Assembly: GCF_051097895.1 (NCBI RefSeq)
Contig: NZ_CP142525.1
Coordinates: 1,770,001-1,802,000 of the forward strand
Origin: Psychrobacter sp. HD31
GTDB lineage: Bacteria > Pseudomonadota > Gammaproteobacteria > Pseudomonadales > Moraxellaceae
DNA length: 32,000 nt
Reading direction: 5' to 3'
Shown: positions 18,481 to 27,095 of the stretch, piece by piece
Position numbering within the stretch: the first letter of the stretch is position 1
Layout: every line of letters begins with the position of its first letter
Program-made: the position numbers and the translations under genes
The notes under the pieces: model-generated
Database searches by the model: none
What the model was told of the DNA's origin: nothing
Seen by the model: the letters and a program-made list of their open reading frames with translations, nothing else

Positions 18481-19578
18481 TTAATGTTTTATCACTTGCC
18501 CTTTCGTGCCAGATACGGCATCAATCACAGGTACAACGCCCATTTTTCGTGGACAAGCGGCTTCTGGTGTAATGCCCATTTCAGCCATTAAACGGTCATC
18601 ATTAGATTTTTTAGCATTATTGGTTGTCAGCAGTTTATCACCGTAAAAAAATGAGTTTGCACCTGCCATAAATGCCAATGCCTGTTCACCATCGGTTAAG
18701 CTTTCTCGTCCTGCGGATAGACGTACATAACTGGTTGGGCAACAAATACGTGTAACCGCAATGGTACGAATCCATTCAAGTACTGACAGTTGTCCCTCTT
18801 CTAAAACCTTGTCTCCAAGTGGTGTGCCCTGAATAGGGACAAGCAGATTAACGGGGATAGATTCGGGCGGTGTTGGCATGTTAACCATCTCATTTATCCA
18901 GTCAATGCGGTCATCTCGGCTTTCACCCATGCCAACAATACTACCACTACAAATGTTAATGCCTGCATCACGCACATGGTTTAGTGTATCTAGGCGGTCA
19001 TCATAGCTACGAGTGCTGGTCACTTGCTTATAATAGTTACGAGAAGTGTCTAAGTTGTGATTGTAGTAGTCTAGCCCAGCATCGGCTAACTGCTCAGCTT
19101 GTTTGGGCTGGAGCATACCTAAAGTCATACAGGTTTCTAACCCCATGGCTTTAACTTCTTTCACCAGCTCTACAACATATGGCATGTCTTTTTCACTAGG
19201 GTGTTTCCACGCTGCGCCCATGCAAAAGCGAGATGAGCCATTTGCTTTTGCTTTTTTTGCCGCCGCCAACACTTTTTCAAGCTCCATACGTTTTTGTGCT
19301 TGTAGTTTTGTTTTTTTACGATGATGTCCAGATTGAGAGCAATAGCCGCAGTCTTCTGGGCAATTGCCAGTTTTGATAGAAAGTAAAGTGCTAACCTGAA
19401 CACTGTTAGCGGTAAAATGCTTTCTGTGTACGGTTTGAGCCTGCATCAGCAAGTCCATTATTGGTAGCTCAAACAAATCGCTAATGGTTTGGCGGTTTAT
19501 TGGCTGTCCTTGAGTTGCAGGATGGGCATCATCAGTTGTGTTGTTTATTTTTGGTGAGCTGATGGTTGTTACGTCCAT
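18481..19578 (-). CDS. bioB: Biotin synthase
   Basis: Radical-SAM motif [11 protein letters not shown] plus the blocks [16 protein letters not shown] and GMGE. 365 aa with an N-terminal extension. Confidence 0.95.
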   Translation of the reverse strand: MDVTTISSPKINNTTDDAHPATQGQPINRQTISDLFELPIMDLLMQAQTVHRKHFTANSVQVSTLLSIKTGNCPEDCGYCSQSGHHRKKTKLQAQKRMELEKVLAAAKKAKANGSSRFCMGAAWKHPSEKDMPYVVELVKEVKAMGLETCMTLGMLQPKQAEQLADAGLDYYNHNLDTSRNYYKQVTSTRSYDDRLDTLNHVRDAGINICSGSIVGMGESRDDRIDWINEMVNMPTPPESIPVNLLVPIQGTPLGDKVLEEGQLSVLEWIRTIAVTRICCPTSYVRLSAGRESLTDGEQALAFMAGANSFFYGDKLLTTNNAKKSNDDRLMAEMGITPEAACPRKMGVVPVIDAVSGTKGQVIKH

Positions 19579-19720
19579 GAATGATTTGCCTTTGAGTTTA
19601 CAAATGTTACTTATTTTATTGATTCTAGCATGAACCTAAATAGGCTCAAAGATTTTTATCCAAATGGGGCACTATTTGGCTGAATTAAACATAAAAATGT
19701 GATTAATTGATAAAACATGC

Positions 19721-19748
19721 TTGCAATTAAAAAATCCTTTGGTATAAT
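19721..19748 (+). promoter_or_regulatory. Sigma70-type promoter upstream of tRNA-Ser
   Basis: -35 TTGCAA (19721-19726), a 16-nt spacer ending in TGG (extended -10 TGn), and -10 TATAAT (19743-19748). It lies about 52 nt before the tRNA 5' end. Confidence 0.6.
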
Positions 19749-19800
19749 TCTTGGCTCAAAACAGGTGGTTGTTAATTTTATTACTTGTTTTTGACAACAC

Positions 19801-19892
19801 GGTGAAGTGGGTGAGTGGCTGAAACCAGTTCCCTGCTAAGGAACCATACGTAATTAAGCGTATCGAGGGTTCGAATCCCTCCTTCACCGCCA
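19801..19892 (+). tRNA. tRNA-Ser (anticodon GCU)
   Basis: Acceptor stem GGTGAAG/CTTCACC, anticodon stem-loop GTTCC-CTGCTAA-GGAAC and a long variable arm. T arm is GAGGG-TTCGAAT-CCCTC, followed by an encoded GCCA tail. Colinear with E. coli serV as recalled. Confidence 0.93.
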
Positions 19893-19932
19893 TTTATTTT
19901 ATATTTGTTTTATAATATATGATAATTAAGGC

Positions 19933-19960
19933 TTGACATAGTATTTTTTATCTCTATAAT
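19933..19960 (+). promoter_or_regulatory. Sigma70-type promoter upstream of tRNA-Arg
   Basis: -35 TTGACA (19933-19938), a 16-nt spacer and -10 TATAAT (19955-19960). It lies about 40 nt before the tRNA 5' end. Confidence 0.65.
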
Positions 19961-20000
19961 AGCCCACCTATTCAGTACTACTGAATATAAATGTAAATAT

Positions 20001-20077
20001 GCGCCTGTAGCTCAGTTGGATAGAGCACTTGGCTACGAACTAAGGGGTCGGGAGTTCGAATCTCTCCAGGCGTGCCA
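20001..20077 (+). tRNA. tRNA-Arg (anticodon ACG)
   Basis: Sequence GCGCCTG-TA-GCTCAGTTGGATAGAGC-A-CTTGG-CTACGAA-CTAAG-GGGTC-GGGAG-TTCGAAT-CTCTC-CAGGCGT-GCCA. It folds as a cloverleaf with a G1:U72 wobble and resembles E. coli argV. Confidence 0.93.
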
Positions 20078-20093
20078 TTTACATAACTTAATC

Positions 20094-20126
20094 ACTGCCC
20101 ATCGCACGATGTTGGCGGTTTTTTTG
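20094..20126 (+). terminator. Rho-independent terminator after tRNA-Arg
   Basis: ACTGCCCATCG-CA-CGATG-TT-GGCGGT followed by T7. The stem has one 2-nt bulge and one G-U pair. Confidence 0.6.
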
Positions 20127-20262
20127 TATCTAAATAATCTAATCTTGCAACTTTTTTGCCTATTTTTTACTACGATTTTATTTATTTTCTACTGTTTTCT
20201 AGCCGCATAATTGCCTATAATTAAAATATAAGAAGTTTTAATTTTAATAGTAGGAGTACGCT

Positions 20263-20922
20263 GTGCCAACACCATTTACAACCCAAGCTTTCATTCAGTT
20301 AGCATTAGACAATCAGGTATTAAAGTTTGGTGAGTTTGTACTCAAATCTGGGCGTATTAGTCCATATTTTTTTAATGCTGGTTTATTAGCTACTGGTGAA
20401 GCCTTGTCACTACTAGCCAATGGTTATGCAGCAGTTTTGGCAGAACAAGTAGAAAAAACAAACCAAAAAGAATTGGTTATTTTTGGTGCCGCTTATAAAG
20501 GCATTCCGTTTGTGGCAGCAACGGCACAGGCATTATGGACGAATCATGGCATCAATGCAGAATGGGGCTATAATCGTAAAGAAGCAAAAACACATGGCGA
20601 AGGTGGCACTTTAGTGGGTGCATCTGTTAAGGGTAAAGCCGTTTGGGTATTGGACGATGTGATTACTGCTGGCACAGCCATGCGTGAAGTAATTGACATC
20701 ATGAATGCGAATGAAGCGACCGTGGCAGGCATTTTAGTGGCGCTTGATCGAAAAGAAAAGGGACAAAACGAGTTGTCAGCGATTCAAGAACTTACCGCTG
20801 AGTTAACAGTCCCTGTTCAGGCATTGGTAGACATTGATGATATTATCAGCTACCTTGATACTAAGGGCGAGCAAGTACAATTGGCGAAAATGCAGCATTA
20901 CCGTGAACAATATGGGGTGTAA
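20263..20922 (+). CDS. pyrE: Orotate phosphoribosyltransferase
   Basis: GTG start with AGGAG 7 nt upstream. Motifs FGEFVLKSGRISPYFFNAG and the PRPP-binding loop VWVLDDVITAGTA. Confidence 0.95.
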   Translation: MPTPFTTQAFIQLALDNQVLKFGEFVLKSGRISPYFFNAGLLATGEALSLLANGYAAVLAEQVEKTNQKELVIFGAAYKGIPFVAATAQALWTNHGINAEWGYNRKEAKTHGEGGTLVGASVKGKAVWVLDDVITAGTAMREVIDIMNANEATVAGILVALDRKEKGQNELSAIQELTAELTVPVQALVDIDDIISYLDTKGEQVQLAKMQHYREQYGV

Positions 20923-20925
20923 TAT

Positions 20926-21876
20926 ATGTCGACTTTAAATATATTAATGGTGATGGACGAGATTAGCACCATCAATTACAAAAAAGATACCAGCCTAGCA
21001 ATGATGTGGGCAGCGCAAGATCGTGGGCACACTTTAGGTTATGCGCAGATTCATGACCTATGGTTAAATAAAGGCGAGTTGCAAGTGGATAGTCAGGTAG
21101 TAAAGGTTTGTCGTAGTCCTGATAACTTTTATACCTTGGCTGAGCAATCCACCAAACCAATCACCGATTATGATGTCATTATCATGCGAAAAGATCCACC
21201 GTTTGATATGAACTTTGTGTATGCCACCTATATGCTAGATAAGGCAAAAGCAGCGGGTGTGAGTGTGGTTAATGATCCACAGTCTATCCGTGATTGTAAC
21301 GAAAAGCTATTTGCTACTTGGTTTAGCGACTATATGAGCCCAACCATAGTTACCAGCAAGCAAGCGCATATCCGCCAGTTTATTGCACAGCAACAAGATG
21401 TGATTGTCAAACCGCTTGATGGTATGGGCGGTATGGGCATATTCCGTTTAACGGCTGATAGTCCTAACATTGGTTCAACACTTGAGATGTTAACTGAAAT
21501 GGAAACCTTGCCGATTATGGCGCAGGGCTATTTACCAGCAATTAAAGACGGTGATAAGCGTGTGCTTATTGTGGATGGTAAAGTGGTGGATTACTGTTTG
21601 GCACGTATCCCAAGTGATGGTGAGACTCGTGGTAATTTGGCTGCGGGCGGGCGAGGGGTGGCAATGCCATTAACTGATGAAGAACGTAAAGTAGCCGAAG
21701 CGGTTGCGCCAACGCTAAAAGAGAAAGGATTAATGTTTGTTGGCTTAGATTTGATAGGGGCTAAGATTACCGAAATCAATGTGACTAGCCCAACCTGTGT
21801 GCGTGAGATTAATGAGCAATGCGGAACGGACATTGCGACAGATTTGATTGTGGCGATTGAGCAAAAGCTTTTTTGA
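20926..21876 (+). CDS. gshB: Glutathione synthetase
   Basis: 316 aa. N-terminus MDEISTINYKKDTSLAMMWAAQDRGH, ATP-grasp blocks IVKPLDGMGGMGIFR and GDKRVLIVDG, RIP..GETRGNLAAGG and ITEINVTSPT. It starts 3 nt after pyrE. Confidence 0.95.
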   Translation: MSTLNILMVMDEISTINYKKDTSLAMMWAAQDRGHTLGYAQIHDLWLNKGELQVDSQVVKVCRSPDNFYTLAEQSTKPITDYDVIIMRKDPPFDMNFVYATYMLDKAKAAGVSVVNDPQSIRDCNEKLFATWFSDYMSPTIVTSKQAHIRQFIAQQQDVIVKPLDGMGGMGIFRLTADSPNIGSTLEMLTEMETLPIMAQGYLPAIKDGDKRVLIVDGKVVDYCLARIPSDGETRGNLAAGGRGVAMPLTDEERKVAEAVAPTLKEKGLMFVGLDLIGAKITEINVTSPTCVREINEQCGTDIATDLIVAIEQKLF

Positions 21877-21961
21877 TGGTTTTTGGGGTGGGAAAGTTTG
21901 GTTTTACAATTTGCTGGGCTACAAGTCCAGCCTACCTCTCTGACGCTGTATGTTACAGGTG

Positions 21962-22576
21962 TTAATGTGTAAGTAGCACATAATTATAATTTAGAGGGTT
22001 AAGAGTAAAATTAACAAATTCAACCTTTAAGGGTATTTTTGGATTATTCCACTTTCTTTGAATGGTTTGTACCAATTCCATATTAGCAGGTGTTTCTTCG
22101 CCAGTAACACGAACAATAATTTCTCCTGTTTTTTCATCATAACCAGAATCTTGTACTTCTGTAAAAAAACAATTAACTAAATTATAAGCTTTGTTAACTT
22201 GCCCCTTGGCTATTTGTGCGGCTTCTTTTGCTCCATATATAATTTCGATTGGCATTTTTTCATTAATACCATCAATAGAAAAAAGACGATTTTCAGTCAT
22301 TTTTTTTCCATTTTCCTTAACTCTTACAACCATTTTATAAGGATTATGTTCTTTATAAATTCCTGCTATTCTACCTTTAAATTCATCTGTAATAGCATCA
22401 ATAATCTGTTCTTGATTTGCTTCTAGTAACATTGCTTTTTCAGCTTCGGCTTTAGAAACATTGTACATTTCAACATATGCTTCAACTTGAATTGGATATT
22501 GCTCATTTGTATTCGCAAATGCTGAAAAACTCATAACAAATAAAGATGAATAGATAATTATTTTTTTCATAATCAA
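21962..22576 (-). CDS. Secreted hypothetical protein in an A+T-rich insert; possible alpha-lytic-protease-type pro-domain-like fold
   Basis: 204-aa ORF with signal peptide MIMKKIIIYSSLFVMSFSAFA. Two segments (YVEMYNVSKAEAEKAMLLEANQ...IAGIYKEHNPYKMVVRV and AKGQVNKAYN...GYDEKTGEIIVRVTG) resemble the helix-then-strand lobes of S1-protease pro-regions. Coding status rests on ORF length and the signal peptide only. Confidence 0.5.
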   Translation of the reverse strand: MIMKKIIIYSSLFVMSFSAFANTNEQYPIQVEAYVEMYNVSKAEAEKAMLLEANQEQIIDAITDEFKGRIAGIYKEHNPYKMVVRVKENGKKMTENRLFSIDGINEKMPIEIIYGAKEAAQIAKGQVNKAYNLVNCFFTEVQDSGYDEKTGEIIVRVTGEETPANMELVQTIQRKWNNPKIPLKVEFVNFTLNPLNYNYVLLTH

Positions 22577-22690
22577 ACTCAGTTTTCCAAACTTAACCCC
22601 TCAACTGTTCTACTACAAGCACATCTAACTAGATTTCAAGTATGATTTTTATTGTTCGCAATAAGTAAGTCAGTTATATAGAGTGTGCGG

Positions 22691-23524
22691 TTAAATATCC
22701 ATTTTACCAATTAACTGCCCCATCTGCACGGTTGTGCCATGCTCAATGTTAGCCAGCCAATCTGTACCAGCAGCTTTTGGCATCACCACAATAGCAGTAG
22801 AACCTAAATAAAAACGTCCAAGCTCCTCGCCTTTTTTCAATGCCATGTTGTGCGTTTCAGTTTTTATTGTATTTTGGCGCTCTATCTTACCAGTAGCCAC
22901 GGTTTCTATCCCTGCTACAATCATTGCCCCTACCAATACAACGGCAGCTTTGCCATGTTCGGTATCAAATAGGCAAACCAAGCGCTCATTACGGGCAAAT
23001 AAATCTGGCACGTTTTCTGCCGTAGTATTGTTAACCGAAAACAATGACCCTGGCACATAACGTGTTTCAACTAATGTACCATCAAAAGGCATGTGTACAC
23101 GGTGGTAATTGCTGGGGGCAAGATAAACCGTTGCAAAACTACCGTTTACAAAATAGTTGCCATCGTCATAATCTGCTAATAATTGACCAACGCTGTAAGT
23201 GTGCGATTTGGCTTGCATGATTTGTTCATCATGTATGTGCCCCAATTGAGATATCGTACCATCAGCAGGGCAAATAATGCCCTTTGCAGTTTGGTCGATA
23301 GGGCGTGCGTTATCGTTAAGTTCACGCGTAAAAAAATCATTAAAACTATCATACTCTGCAAGGCTTTTACGTTGGTAATCATCCAACTTTATGCCATAAG
23401 CTTTGGCAAAGCTTAAAATAATAACACGCTTAGCCCAAGGATGACGTGCACTAGCCAAACGCCCTGCTAATTCGCTTAATTTTTCTTGTGGTATTAAATG
23501 TTGTAGAGTAGTAAATAGATTCAT
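22691..23524 (-). CDS. psd: Phosphatidylserine decarboxylase proenzyme
   Basis: Colinear with E. coli Psd: FNDFFTREL, YHRVHMP, GSLFSVN, NVPDLFARNERLVCLFDTE. The self-cleavage motif LGST is present (RFYLGSTAIV). Confidence 0.95.
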   Translation of the reverse strand: MNLFTTLQHLIPQEKLSELAGRLASARHPWAKRVIILSFAKAYGIKLDDYQRKSLAEYDSFNDFFTRELNDNARPIDQTAKGIICPADGTISQLGHIHDEQIMQAKSHTYSVGQLLADYDDGNYFVNGSFATVYLAPSNYHRVHMPFDGTLVETRYVPGSLFSVNNTTAENVPDLFARNERLVCLFDTEHGKAAVVLVGAMIVAGIETVATGKIERQNTIKTETHNMALKKGEELGRFYLGSTAIVVMPKAAGTDWLANIEHGTTVQMGQLIGKMDI

Positions 23525-23615
23525 AATAATGTTAAATTTAAAAAAGATGGGGGTATTTTATCATGTTAAACTTAGCCATGTTAACGTTTAACAATATGGT
23601 AAAAAAGAGTCGTGG

Positions 23616-24068
23616 ATGAAGGCATTACTACAAAGAGTGAGCGAAGCAAACGTGGTTGTTGATGGTGTTATCGTGGGGCAAATTGAGCAAGGTGTTTTAG
23701 CTTATATTGGTATTGGACATGATGATGACTTAACCACCGCCAAAAAAATGATTGATAAAATTTTGTCATATCGTATTTTTGAAAATACAATAGATTTTGA
23801 TAAACAAGGTAAATTGGATTGGAATGTACAACAAGCTGATGGTGGATTATTGTTGGTTTCTCAATTTACTTTAATGGCAAATACAGATAAAGGGCGACGT
23901 CCCGATTTTGGTCAGGCAATGCCGCCACATCAAGCCGGTAAGTTGTTTGATGAATTGGTTGAATATACTAAATCGGTTTATCCAAAAGTGGCAACTGGTA
24001 AGTTTGGTGCCAATATGCAAGTAACTGCAGTGAATGATGGACCGTTAAACTTTATTTTGCAGGTATAA
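23616..24068 (+). CDS. dtd: D-aminoacyl-tRNA deacylase
   Basis: 150 aa. MKALLQRVSEANVVVDG, LLVSQFTL and the GRRP..G and NDGP motifs. Confidence 0.95.
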   Translation: MKALLQRVSEANVVVDGVIVGQIEQGVLAYIGIGHDDDLTTAKKMIDKILSYRIFENTIDFDKQGKLDWNVQQADGGLLLVSQFTLMANTDKGRRPDFGQAMPPHQAGKLFDELVEYTKSVYPKVATGKFGANMQVTAVNDGPLNFILQV

Positions 24069-24083
24069 ATTTATTTATCAGCT

Positions 24084-25430
24084 TTAATTTGTAGGGTTGC
24101 AGGGTTTATCGGTACATATTCTTTCACCAGGGAAAAACACTTTAAAAGTAGAACCTTGGTTTTCTACCGACTCAACAGTAAGGGTGGCATCGTGTTGATA
24201 CAGCACGTGTTTTACAATTGCCAGCCCCAGTCCTGTACCACCTGTTGCACGGCTGCGTCCGCTATCAACACGGTAAAAACGTTCGGTTAAGCGTTCGATA
24301 TGTTCTGGTGCGATACCTATGCCATTGTCAGATACACTAAATACTGCGCCATTTTTTACTTCTGTCCATGCGATTTCAATCTCACCACCCTTAGGCGTGT
24401 ATTTGATAGCATTGGTAATAAGATTAAGTAATGCACTGTTTAAATACATATCTGACCCAACAATATTTTTTTGTGAATCAATGTGTAAATCAATTAAGTG
24501 ACCATGCCCTTTGTTATAAACTTGCGCATCATCAAAAATATGCATGAGCAAACGGGGCATATCCACACAGCCAGTATCAACGGCTTCTTCATTTTCTAGT
24601 CGAGATAGCAATAACAAATCATTGATGATACTGTTCATTCGGCGCGTTTGCTGCTCCATAAGGTTAAAACCACGCTGCCATTTAGGGTCAATGTCTGCTT
24701 GGTCTGCAAAAGTTTCTATGTATCCCATAAGAACAGTTAATGGCGTGCGCAGTTCATGTGATACATTGGCGACAAAATCTTTACGGATTTGTTCTAAATG
24801 CTGCAAACGCGTGACATCATACATAATCAGTAGTTTTTCATTGCCAAAAGGCGTTAATTCGCACTGTATATATCTGTCTTTATCATGCCAAGATTGGAGA
24901 CGAATGCCATCGTTGTTGGCTGGTTGTTGGATGAGAGATTCTTGATAATAGTGGTGGAAGTCAGTATCTTTAATTAAATCAAAAATATGGATGCCTTGAT
25001 CTTTAGATTGTAAAGATAAAGTTTTTTGAGCCGATTGGTTCCACCATTCTAACTGGTCATTGTGATCAAGTAATATGACGGAGTCTTGTAAAGCAAATAA
25101 CGAACTGCGAATTTTACGTGCCAGATTAATCATCTGCTCGTGTGCGTGTTTTTCTTGCTGTTTGCTATCGTGTAGTTGTTGCGAGACAAAACCTAAGCTG
25201 CCCGAGAACTCTGGCAGTGTTGCGGTGACTGATTTATTCACCCAGTATAAAAATTGCTGCATGGCAACCAACCGCCAGCAAAAATATACTAATAATCCCG
25301 TAATAATGCCCCAAGGTAAGTAGCCAGTTAGCCAGCCAAAAAAGCCACCTAGTGCAAAAAAGATGACTAGCCATTTAAAGTCTGCCCAAAATAGGGCAGT
25401 GTAGTTTTTTTTCTTACTGTATCGGCTCAT
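24084..25430 (-). CDS. phoR: Phosphate regulon sensor histidine kinase
   Basis: Two N-terminal TM helices and a PAS-like region. H-box DFVANVSHELRTPLTVLMGY, N box LLNLITNAIKYTP and G boxes DNGIGI / GGTGLGLAIVKH. It lies immediately downstream of phoB. Confidence 0.9.
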   Translation of the reverse strand: MSRYSKKKNYTALFWADFKWLVIFFALGGFFGWLTGYLPWGIITGLLVYFCWRLVAMQQFLYWVNKSVTATLPEFSGSLGFVSQQLHDSKQQEKHAHEQMINLARKIRSSLFALQDSVILLDHNDQLEWWNQSAQKTLSLQSKDQGIHIFDLIKDTDFHHYYQESLIQQPANNDGIRLQSWHDKDRYIQCELTPFGNEKLLIMYDVTRLQHLEQIRKDFVANVSHELRTPLTVLMGYIETFADQADIDPKWQRGFNLMEQQTRRMNSIINDLLLLSRLENEEAVDTGCVDMPRLLMHIFDDAQVYNKGHGHLIDLHIDSQKNIVGSDMYLNSALLNLITNAIKYTPKGGEIEIAWTEVKNGAVFSVSDNGIGIAPEHIERLTERFYRVDSGRSRATGGTGLGLAIVKHVLYQHDATLTVESVENQGSTFKVFFPGERICTDKPCNPTN

Positions 25431-25478
25431 GCTTTTTTATGGTCGCTTTTACAAAAAATTGGGTTGCTATCAAGTAAG

Positions 25479-26180
25479 TTATAAGTTTACCTGAGTAGAA
25501 AAGCGATAGCCAGTGCCACGTACGGTTTGGATAAAACCAGCATAGTTATAGGGTTCTAATACCTTGCGCAAACGGCGGATATGCACATCAATTGTACGGT
25601 CTTCAACGTATACATTGCCACCCCATACTTGGTCAAGCAGTTGAGCTCGGGTGTAGGCACGCTCTGGATGACTCATAAAAAAGGCAAGTAAGCGATATTC
25701 GGTTGGTCCAATATCCACGGGGGTTTTATCGGCGGTAACTCGTTGACTAGCAGGATCTAGGCTTAAGCCTTTATGTTCTATAGGCTTATCGCCAGAAAGG
25801 GCATTACTGCGACGTAAAACTGCTTTAATACGAGAAAGTAGCTCACGAGTAGAAAAAGGTTTGGTGATATAGTCATCTGCACCTGCATCAAGCCCTTGTA
25901 CTTTATTGTCTTCTTCACCTTTTGCCGTTAGCATGATGATAGGGGTCTCTTGCAACAACTCATCTTTTTTTAAACGGCGGCAAAAATCAATACCAGATTG
26001 AGAACCTGGTAACATCCAGTCTAATAAAATCAAGTCTGGACGGTGGTCTACCACTTGTTGGTGCGCTTGCGGAACATCCTCTGCTTGTAAGCAAGAATAG
26101 CTTGCCATTTCTAGTGCGGTAATAATCATTTCACGGATTGCTGGTTCGTCCTCAACAACTAGGATAGTGGCGTTACTCAT
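25479..26180 (-). CDS. phoB: Phosphate regulon response regulator
   Basis: Near-colinear with E. coli PhoB: ILVVEDEPAIREM, PDLILLDWMLPG, GADDYITKPFS, GPTEYRLLAFFMSHPERAY, NVYVEDRTIDVHIRRLRK and VRGTGYRFS. I prefer the start at 26180 (MSNATIL), which has GAGGAAG just upstream, over 26195. Confidence 0.93.
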   Translation of the reverse strand: MSNATILVVEDEPAIREMIITALEMASYSCLQAEDVPQAHQQVVDHRPDLILLDWMLPGSQSGIDFCRRLKKDELLQETPIIMLTAKGEEDNKVQGLDAGADDYITKPFSTRELLSRIKAVLRRSNALSGDKPIEHKGLSLDPASQRVTADKTPVDIGPTEYRLLAFFMSHPERAYTRAQLLDQVWGGNVYVEDRTIDVHIRRLRKVLEPYNYAGFIQTVRGTGYRFSTQVNL

Positions 26181-26301
26181 GGCTTCCTCTTGCATGAAAA
26201 ATAATAAACAATCTATTTTTCATTAATTTAAAAATTAAGTTATTAGCAATGTTATCGATAATCAGACAATAAAAAATCATTTTTAGTCAATTATGACGTT
26301 T

Positions 26302-26338
26302 ATATTACAACCTAATAATATGACATATTTATGACAAC
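26302..26338 (-). promoter_or_regulatory. Pho box plus -10 element (PhoB-activated promoter of phoBR)
   Basis: The minus strand reads TTGTCATAAATATGTCATATTA. This gives two TGTCAT repeats exactly 11 bp apart (genomic 26331-26336 and 26320-26325). TAATAT follows 11 bp downstream (26302-26307). This is the geometry of E. coli Pho promoters. Confidence 0.55.
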
Positions 26339-26430
26339 TATATAATTTTATATATTATAGATTGTATATCTATTTAAAAAAAAGCAAAACAAAGCAATCG
26401 GTTATAAAAACGAACCAATAAAAATGAGAC

Positions 26431-26459
26431 AAAAAAATACCCAGAGGTGTATCTGGGTA
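26431..26459 (-). terminator. Rho-independent terminator after the PspC-domain gene
   Basis: TACCCAGA-GGTGTA-TCTGGGTA is a perfect 8-bp stem. On the minus strand it is followed by T7 (A7 at 26431-26437 on the plus strand). Confidence 0.7.
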
Positions 26460-26573
26460 GGAGGAAACTGGTTAGACTTTTTATTATTGTTATAACTACT
26501 ATATATGGATAAATATTACAGTTTCAAGAAAATTTTTTCAATATATTGTGATAGTTTGTAATTGTTTCTATCT

Positions 26574-26801
26574 CTAATGTTCATTGTTTGTTTTATAAGA
26601 GGCTGGCGTTGCGTTGGGCATCATAATCCATAAAATGATGTAAATTAAGATACCAGGCACAGCGGCACTGATTGTTGAAACAATAAAAAATAACAAACGT
26701 GTTAATGTTGGTGACCAACCTAAATATTCTGCAATACCACCCATGACACCGGCTATCATACGGTGATTGCGTGAACGGTGTAATTTGCTTAGTTTGTCCA
26801 A
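26574..26801 (-). CDS. PspC-domain membrane protein
   Basis: 75 aa. LHRSRNHRMIAGVMGGIAEYLGWSPTLTRLLFFI is the typical PspC N-terminal domain, followed by a TM helix. Confidence 0.8.
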   Translation of the reverse strand: MDKLSKLHRSRNHRMIAGVMGGIAEYLGWSPTLTRLLFFIVSTISAAVPGILIYIILWIMMPNATPASYKTNNEH

Positions 26802-27095
26802 GACTTTGCTCCTTAGTGATAAGAATCAATCGAGTTAAGTAAAATAATCAGTTGCTAACTAAAATAGCGTATTTTTTGCTTACACTAGCTTATATATGGA
26901 CGTTCGTTCAATATTTCAAGAGTCAGGATATAAGTCTTGTAAAATGTTTTATGAAATATAGGTGCCTATTGAAGTAAAGCTATGTAAAAGTAGCCAAACA
27001 AGATGGCAAAATGTGACTGATACAGCCCTTTTTTTGCTTGATTTATCGTATTAAGTTTGTGATGATAAGCGTGTTAGTAACAAAAGGAGATTGTT

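Noticed and set aside
19590-19651. Possible BirA (bio) operator upstream of bioB. GTTTACA/TTGTAAAC lies next to the start codon, and there is a CTTTGAG ... CTCAAAG inverted repeat.
   Set aside because: Only one good TTGTAAAC half-site is present. The second (GGTTCATG) is degenerate, and its spacing and orientation do not match the E. coli bioO palindrome as I recall it. The evidence is too weak to call.
20016-20210. 64-aa ORF starting inside tRNA-Arg.
   Set aside because: It overlaps the tRNA-Arg gene and its terminator. The start of the translation simply reads through the tRNA sequence.
23560-23600. TGTTAAAC ... GTTAAC ... GTTTAACA nested inverted repeats in the psd/dtd divergent promoter region.
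   Set aside because: These are short A+T-rich palindromes in an A+T-rich promoter region. I can link them to no known regulator motif, and they are plausibly chance.
24069-24083. Only 15 bp separate the convergent stops of dtd and phoR, leaving no room for a terminator hairpin.
   Set aside because: Tight convergent gene ends are common, and termination may occur within the opposing coding region. Nothing in the sequence suggests a specific mechanism.
26593-26829. 78-aa ORF overlapping the PspC-domain gene in another minus-strand frame.
   Set aside because: The alternative frame (26574-26801) gives a canonical PspC domain. The 78-aa product has no motif.
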